Part shown: positions 58,827 through 64,000 of the stretch, piece by piece
Numbering within the stretch: the stretch's first letter is position 1
Layout: every line of letters begins with the position of its first letter
Assembly: GCA_964346655.1 (NCBI GenBank)
Contig: CAYFVP010000134.1
Span: 44,746-108,745 of the forward strand
DNA from: an uncultured Thermoplasmatales archaeon
GTDB taxonomy: Archaea > Thermoplasmatota > E2 > DHVEG-1
Reading direction: 5' to 3'
DNA: 64,000 bases
Notes under the pieces: model-generated
The model's input: the letters and a program-made list of their open reading frames with translations, nothing else
Databases searched by the model: none
Told to the model about the DNA's origin: nothing
Position numbers and translations under genes: made by a program

Positions 58827-59852
58827 ATTCCAATGTAAAGATAAAATATTTTTTAATTCTGTTACTAATTTTTTTACCATTTCAACATTATCATCTTTAA
58901 TTTCTTTTTCTTCAATAAAATCCTTTTTTCCCATAACTCCACACATAATATTATAATAAGAGTAAATACTTGAAATATTATTATATCCTCCTCCAAATAA
59001 GATTAGTAATTTTTTACAAGTGTTATTAGATAGTTTCATAATTTTTTTTCCAAATTGATAATATATTTGATGTGTTAAATGTAAATTTGCTAGTGGATCT
59101 GTATGATGGGTATCAACTCCTGATTCATAGATTATTATTTCTGGATCAAATTGTTTTGTTAAAGGTGGGATTAGTTCATTAAATGCATTTAAATAGCTTT
59201 CATTTCCAGTTCCAGGTGGTAGAGGTAAATTTACGGTATAGCCTTCTCCACTGTATCTACCGATTTGTTCTATATAACCAGTGCCAGGATAAAGTGTTCG
59301 TCCGTCTTGATGAAATGAAATACCTAAAACTGAAGGATCTTCATAATAAATATCTTGGGTTCCATTGAAATGATGAACATCCAGATCAATTATTAAAAAT
59401 CGCTCAAGGGTATATTTTTCACGTAGATATTCAATAACAATTGCAACATCATTAAAAAAGCAAAAACCAGAAGATGTATTTGTACTCGCGTGATGAAAAC
59501 CTGCTAGAGGATTGGCCATACATGTAAAATCTTTAAATAATATATCTCCTGCTAAAATTGTTCCTCCTGTTGGAATTAATGCAATATTATAAATTCCAAT
59601 TGGAGCTGGTGTGTCAAATGATAAAAAACCACCTTTTTTACTCAAATCTTTAACCTTTTTTATGTAAAATTCGCCATGGACTCTTAAAAGATCTTTTTCA
59701 TTAGCCTTTTTAGCGTTAAATATTTTTAAGTCTTTCATCAAACCTTTTTCTTTAAAATATTCAATTGTTTTTTTTGGTTTGTCTCCTACTAATGGATGAT
59801 CTGATCCTAAATCATATTTTTCGTAATCATCGTGGTAAACAATTCCATACAT
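58821..59852 (-). CDS. Histone deacetylase/AcuC-family Zn deacetylase
   Basis: GFHHA, GFCFFND, DLDVHH.NGT, HQDG..YPGTG, GVDTH..DPL, GGGY. Confidence 0.92.
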   Translation of the reverse strand: MYGIVYHDDYEKYDLGSDHPLVGDKPKKTIEYFKEKGLMKDLKIFNAKKANEKDLLRVHGEFYIKKVKDLSKKGGFLSFDTPAPIGIYNIALIPTGGTILAGDILFKDFTCMANPLAGFHHASTNTSSGFCFFNDVAIVIEYLREKYTLERFLIIDLDVHHFNGTQDIYYEDPSVLGISFHQDGRTLYPGTGYIEQIGRYSGEGYTVNLPLPPGTGNESYLNAFNELIPPLTKQFDPEIIIYESGVDTHHTDPLANLHLTHQIYYQFGKKIMKLSNNTCKKLLILFGGGYNNISSIYSYYNIMCGVMGKKDFIEEKEIKDDNVEMVKKLVTELKNILSLHWNL

Positions 59853-60068
59853 CTGTACATAAGCAAATAATATATTCTATTTATAAATATTTCAAGAAAC
59901 AAGTATACATTTGATTCACATTTTTTTTTTTTAAAATATTGAAACGATTTCCCTGCAGAGATTTTCATATATTTAAAAAACAAGCTCTTCTTTTTTTTAT
60001 TTATGGGTAATATTTAAATTGTTATATCTAATATCATTTACTGCAAAAATTAAGGGAGGTAAAATAAT

Positions 60069-62315
60069 TTGAATAATAGATTTTTGAAAAAAGGGTGTGT
60101 TTTAGTATTAATTTTTTTATTTGTTAATATATTAAATATTCCATCAACTGGAAATTTCATATCTAAAAACCAGGTACTAATTGAAGATAAATTATCTTTT
60201 TCAAACTTTAATTCTGTTAACAATTTATATGATTTAGAAAAAAAACAAAATATCAACTATATAGAAAATACTTCATTATATGGGTTCTATAATGATGCAA
60301 TCAATGAAAATATAGCAAAAATACTAATAAATCCAATTTTACTACCGCCTGTTATTAATTTTCCATATGAAGGGGAGGTATTCAGGGTAGAAGATATTAT
60401 TGAGATAAATGGTATAGCATCGATGCCAGATTTTGAGAATTATATAATTGAATGGGGGGTAGGACAAGATCCAACTGATTGGTATACCGATGGTATAACT
60501 CTTGTTAATAACGGCATGACTGAAATTATTGACGGAATATTAGGTTCTTGGGATACTGCTTCAATATCTGAGACGGATTATTATAGTATAAAATTGACTG
60601 TTTATACCACAGGTTTTGATCAATACTCATGTGAGGTTAGTTTTTATCTAGATTCGACTTTGCATCCTAATTTTCCTATTGGTTGGCCATATGAGATTCC
60701 AGGATCACAAGTTGCAATTTGGAGTCCTATTGCTCTATCTGATATAAACAAAGATGGTTATCAGGAGATTGGTTTCGGAACTGTAACTGTAGTACCTGCA
60801 GGTGATAATAATAAGGACTTCGTAATTGATCATATGGGCAATATCCTGCAAGGATGGCCCATTAAGATTTATGGTATTCAAGGATCATCTCTGACTTTTT
60901 CTAATATAGATAGCTCTACAGATAATAAAGAAGTTATTGGCGGTATGTGGGGTATTCAATTATTTGTTTGGCATGATAATGGTGTTTTAGTTGATGGTTG
61001 GCCTCAAAACATATATGCTTCCCGAGCTTCAGCAACTGTAAATGATATTGATTTAGATGGTGATTTAGAAATAATCCTACCTTCAACTGATGGTGGAGGT
61101 TATATCTATTCATGGCATCATGATGGAACTCTTGTCAATGGTTGGCCTGTATATATAGGCAGCCCTGTACGCAGAGCTGCATCAACTGCAGATATCGATG
61201 ATGATAGTTATCCAGAGATTCTTTTTGGTGATCAAGATGGATATTTCTATGTACTAAATCATGATGGAACTTCAGCAGATGGTTGGCCCCAATTAGCTCA
61301 TGATTGGATAAAAGATTCTCCAGTTATTGCAGATATTGAGGGAGATGGTGATCTGGAGATAATAATAAGTTCAGGCTTTACACAGAAGAGAATGATTTTT
61401 ATATGGCATCATGACGGAACTCTTGTCGATGGTTGGCCACAAGAAAATGGATTGTGTTTTGTTCAACCTTCAGTGGGTGATATCGACGATGATGGCGATT
61501 TAGAAATTTTAGCTGGAGGTAGTGTTCCAAATAAACCATATACAAGATTTTTTGTATGGCATCATGATGGTACTATAGCTGATGGTTGGCCGATAGAATT
61601 TTTATATGATCCAAACCAAGATGTGAATTACATTTATGCTCAACCTGTTATAGGTGATATCGATGGGGATAATGATGTTGAAATAATTGTAGGATCATAT
61701 GCCAATAAATTATATGCATGGCACCATGACGGATCAGATGTGACAGGATGGCCAAAAATAATTGGTGATTCAGTAGATTCTACTGCAGCAATAGGTGATA
61801 TTGATAAGGATGGTCTTGTTGAAGTTGTAGTCGCTGGAGATGATGGAAAAGTATATGTTTGGGATATGGAGGGAGAATTTATTTCATCTAATATGGAGTG
61901 GCCAATGTTTCAACACGATCCATATCATACAGGATTCTATGGTACAGAAATTTATGAAAATCAACCACCAGATAAACCAGATATTTATGGTCCAAATAGT
62001 TTAAAAGTGAATGAAGAAGGAACATTTACAGTTTCAGCAATTGATCCAGATGATGATAAAGTCTATTTCTATATTGATTGGGGTGATGGTAACTTTTTAG
62101 ATTGGGATGGACCATATGATTCAGCTGAGATTGTGGATTATCAATATACATGGACTATAAAAGATACATATATGATTAAAGTTAAGGCAAAAGATATATA
62201 CGATGAAAAAAGCGATTTGACTGAATTTGAAATTAAAATATCAAATCCAAGAATGAGGGCATGGTGGAGAATAATTGATATTTTTCCGATAATTTTGAGA
62301 TTGTTGGATTTATAG
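60069..62315 (+). CDS. Secreted FG-GAP/VCBS repeat beta-propeller protein with PKD-like C-terminal domain
   Basis: Repeated DID.DGDLEI...WHHDGT..DGWP; WPMFQHD..HTG; IDWGDG. Confidence 0.88.
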   Translation: MNNRFLKKGCVLVLIFLFVNILNIPSTGNFISKNQVLIEDKLSFSNFNSVNNLYDLEKKQNINYIENTSLYGFYNDAINENIAKILINPILLPPVINFPYEGEVFRVEDIIEINGIASMPDFENYIIEWGVGQDPTDWYTDGITLVNNGMTEIIDGILGSWDTASISETDYYSIKLTVYTTGFDQYSCEVSFYLDSTLHPNFPIGWPYEIPGSQVAIWSPIALSDINKDGYQEIGFGTVTVVPAGDNNKDFVIDHMGNILQGWPIKIYGIQGSSLTFSNIDSSTDNKEVIGGMWGIQLFVWHDNGVLVDGWPQNIYASRASATVNDIDLDGDLEIILPSTDGGGYIYSWHHDGTLVNGWPVYIGSPVRRAASTADIDDDSYPEILFGDQDGYFYVLNHDGTSADGWPQLAHDWIKDSPVIADIEGDGDLEIIISSGFTQKRMIFIWHHDGTLVDGWPQENGLCFVQPSVGDIDDDGDLEILAGGSVPNKPYTRFFVWHHDGTIADGWPIEFLYDPNQDVNYIYAQPVIGDIDGDNDVEIIVGSYANKLYAWHHDGSDVTGWPKIIGDSVDSTAAIGDIDKDGLVEVVVAGDDGKVYVWDMEGEFISSNMEWPMFQHDPYHTGFYGTEIYENQPPDKPDIYGPNSLKVNEEGTFTVSAIDPDDDKVYFYIDWGDGNFLDWDGPYDSAEIVDYQYTWTIKDTYMIKVKAKDIYDEKSDLTEFEIKISNPRMRAWWRIIDIFPIILRLLDL

Positions 62316-62499
62316 AGATAAGATTTTCGTTAAACTATTTTTTTTATAAATAATTAATTTTAATTATTAGACTTAAAATATAGACTCGTTTGCCCGACTT
62401 AAAAAATATCTTAATTTTAGCATATTTTAAATACGGTTATAAGATACAAAAATTACAAAACTTTATATAATTAACATGTGTTAATTGGGGAGAATTACT

Positions 62500-63027
62500 A
62501 TGAGTATCATTGATTTGACTTCTATGGGGGAGTCACAGGTTGAATTAAGAAAGGAAATAAATGAAAGATTGTGCAGGCTTAAGGATGAAATATCAGATTA
62601 CTGTTTTCAATGTGGCAAATGTACATCTGGTTGTGAAGCACATAAATTACTTGAATTAGAACCTCATAAAATTGTAGCACTTCTTAAGCGTGGACTTATT
62701 GATGAGATGACAAATTCTGATGTTATTTGGACTTGTATGAGTTGTTTTAAATGTAGAGAGCGTTGTCCACAAAAAGTTGCTCCTATTGAAATATTGTTTG
62801 CACTTAAAAATATGGCAGTTGCAAGTGGAAAACAAATACCTGGTAATTATACAGCAATGCTACAGTCAGTTTTATCAATTGGTCTATTGCAGGATGTAAA
62901 AAGTGTTACAACAAATGAAAATAAGACAAAAAATAGAACCGAAGTAGAACTTCCAGATATTTCAAAACCAGAAGATCCAACAAAATTTCAATTAATGCTT
63001 TCGAAACTTGCAGTTGAAAAGGTATAG
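62500..63027 (+). CDS. hdrC: Heterodisulfide reductase subunit C (second copy)
   Basis: CFQCGKCTSGC, IWTCMSCFKCRERCPQ. Confidence 0.9.
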   Translation: MSIIDLTSMGESQVELRKEINERLCRLKDEISDYCFQCGKCTSGCEAHKLLELEPHKIVALLKRGLIDEMTNSDVIWTCMSCFKCRERCPQKVAPIEILFALKNMAVASGKQIPGNYTAMLQSVLSIGLLQDVKSVTTNENKTKNRTEVELPDISKPEDPTKFQLMLSKLAVEKV

Positions 63028-63037
63028 GAGGTTTTTT

Positions 63038-63910
63038 ATGAAAAAATATGCACTTTACCCTGGTTGTATAATGCCTACCGAGCAATACGCCTATGAGATG
63101 TCAATTAGAGAAGTTTTACCTCTTCTAGATATTGAACTTGTTGATTTGAAAGGTTTTTCATGTTGTGGAGAGCCATTAAAAAGTGTTAATCAAATGCTTG
63201 CTTTAGCTCTATCTGCAAGAAATCTGGCTATTGCTGAAAAAGAAGGTCTTGATGTTTTTAGCCCTTGTCCAATGTGTCATTTAGCACTTTCAGAGTGCAA
63301 AAGAATTCTTGATACTGATTCAGATATGTTTGAAAAGGTAAATAAATTTCTTTCTGATGAGGGATTAAAATATAATGGTACATCAAAACTAAATCACACA
63401 ATTGATCTTTTGCATGACGTTATTGGAATTGATAAAATAAAAAAGCTTGTAAAAAAACCACTAAAAGACCTAAAATTAGCCACTCATTATGGTTGTCATA
63501 CAATAAGGCCAAGTGAAATTGGTAGACCAGATGATTCAGAAAATCCTACAAAAATGGAAAAAATTTTAGAAACCCTTGGTGCAAAACCTCTTGATTATCC
63601 TGAAAAACTTGATTGTTGTGGAGGTCTTTTAACTGCAAATCTTCCAGAATCTGCTTTAACAAAAACTGGACAGAAGCTTCAAAGAGTTCAAGAACAAGGC
63701 TTTGATGCATTTGTTGATACTTGTCCCTGGTGTCATAGACAGTATGATGCAAAACAAACAAAAGCAGGTGAAACAGTTGCTGCTAAACTTGAAGTACCAG
63801 TATTTTATTTAACACAACTTTTAGGCCTTTCTTTTGGAATATCAAAGGATAAACTTGGCATCAATCTAAATTTAAGTCCTGTTGGAAAAATTAATGTAGG
63901 GGGCAAGTAA
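63038..63910 (+). CDS. hdrB: Heterodisulfide reductase subunit B (second copy)
   Basis: YPGC, SCCG, CPMC, HYGC, DCCG, CPWC; GGAGG before ATG 63038. Confidence 0.92.
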   Translation: MKKYALYPGCIMPTEQYAYEMSIREVLPLLDIELVDLKGFSCCGEPLKSVNQMLALALSARNLAIAEKEGLDVFSPCPMCHLALSECKRILDTDSDMFEKVNKFLSDEGLKYNGTSKLNHTIDLLHDVIGIDKIKKLVKKPLKDLKLATHYGCHTIRPSEIGRPDDSENPTKMEKILETLGAKPLDYPEKLDCCGGLLTANLPESALTKTGQKLQRVQEQGFDAFVDTCPWCHRQYDAKQTKAGETVAAKLEVPVFYLTQLLGLSFGISKDKLGINLNLSPVGKINVGGK

Positions 63911-63911
63911 A

Positions 63912-64000
63912 ATGGTTAATAAAATCGGTGTCTTTGTCTGTCATTGTGGAATTAATATTGCATCCTCTGTAGATGTAAAAGAATTAACTAACTATGCAAA
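63912..64000 (+). CDS. hdrA: Heterodisulfide reductase subunit A (N-terminus, runs off window)
   Basis: MVNKIGVFVCHCGINIASSVDVKELTNYA. Confidence 0.88.
   Translation, partial: MVNKIGVFVCHCGINIASSVDVKELTNYA

Noticed and set aside
59921..59932. T12 homopolymer
   Set aside because: Intergenic and not clearly within a promoter core; poly-T tracts are common here.
642..63761. Many 60-130 aa ORFs antisense to or overlapping the long genes in the ORF track (e.g. 3586-3927, 9551-9928, 33731-34114)
   Set aside because: Shadow ORFs of well-supported genes, with no motifs or independent signals.

Overview
AT-rich archaeal chromosome segment. The gene content (secreted PKD-domain peptidases including a C25 gingipain, Hdr/Mvh genes without mcr, BRE-TATA promoters) suggests an anaerobic sediment Thermoplasmatota of the MBG-D/Thermoprofundales type; this is an inference. 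From left to right: (1) sucDC. (2) A ~2.4-kb decayed integrative element bounded by a 21-bp direct repeat that duplicates the 3' end of a regulator gene; it carries a tyrosine-integrase pseudogene, zinc-finger microgenes, iteron-like repeats and hairpins. (3) A divergent double-HTH regulator. (4) A ~25-kb co-oriented redox super-operon: leader uORF, soluble fumarate-reductase-like pair, korDABC, hdrA-C-B, mvhGA-protease-mvhD, a GlcD-type 2-hydroxyacid dehydrogenase with a GlcF/ferredoxin/MvhD fusion, flxDCBA, hdrA and an HdrA-GltD fusion. (5) Rubrerythrin-like gene, cysteine synthase and a divergent ATP-type PEP carboxykinase. (6) A cluster of secreted enzymes (three C1A peptidases, peptidylarginine deiminase, C25 gingipain, transglutaminase-like protein, beta-propellers); seven secreted proteins in the window share a basic/amphipathic C-terminal tail that looks like a sorting or anchoring signal. 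(7) ltaE, msrB, dodecin, larA, an LhgO/GlpA-like three-gene oxidoreductase, an HDAC-family gene and the start of a second hdrCBA cluster. No rRNA, tRNA or CRISPR array was seen. All product calls come from motif recognition by eye; no database searches were run.
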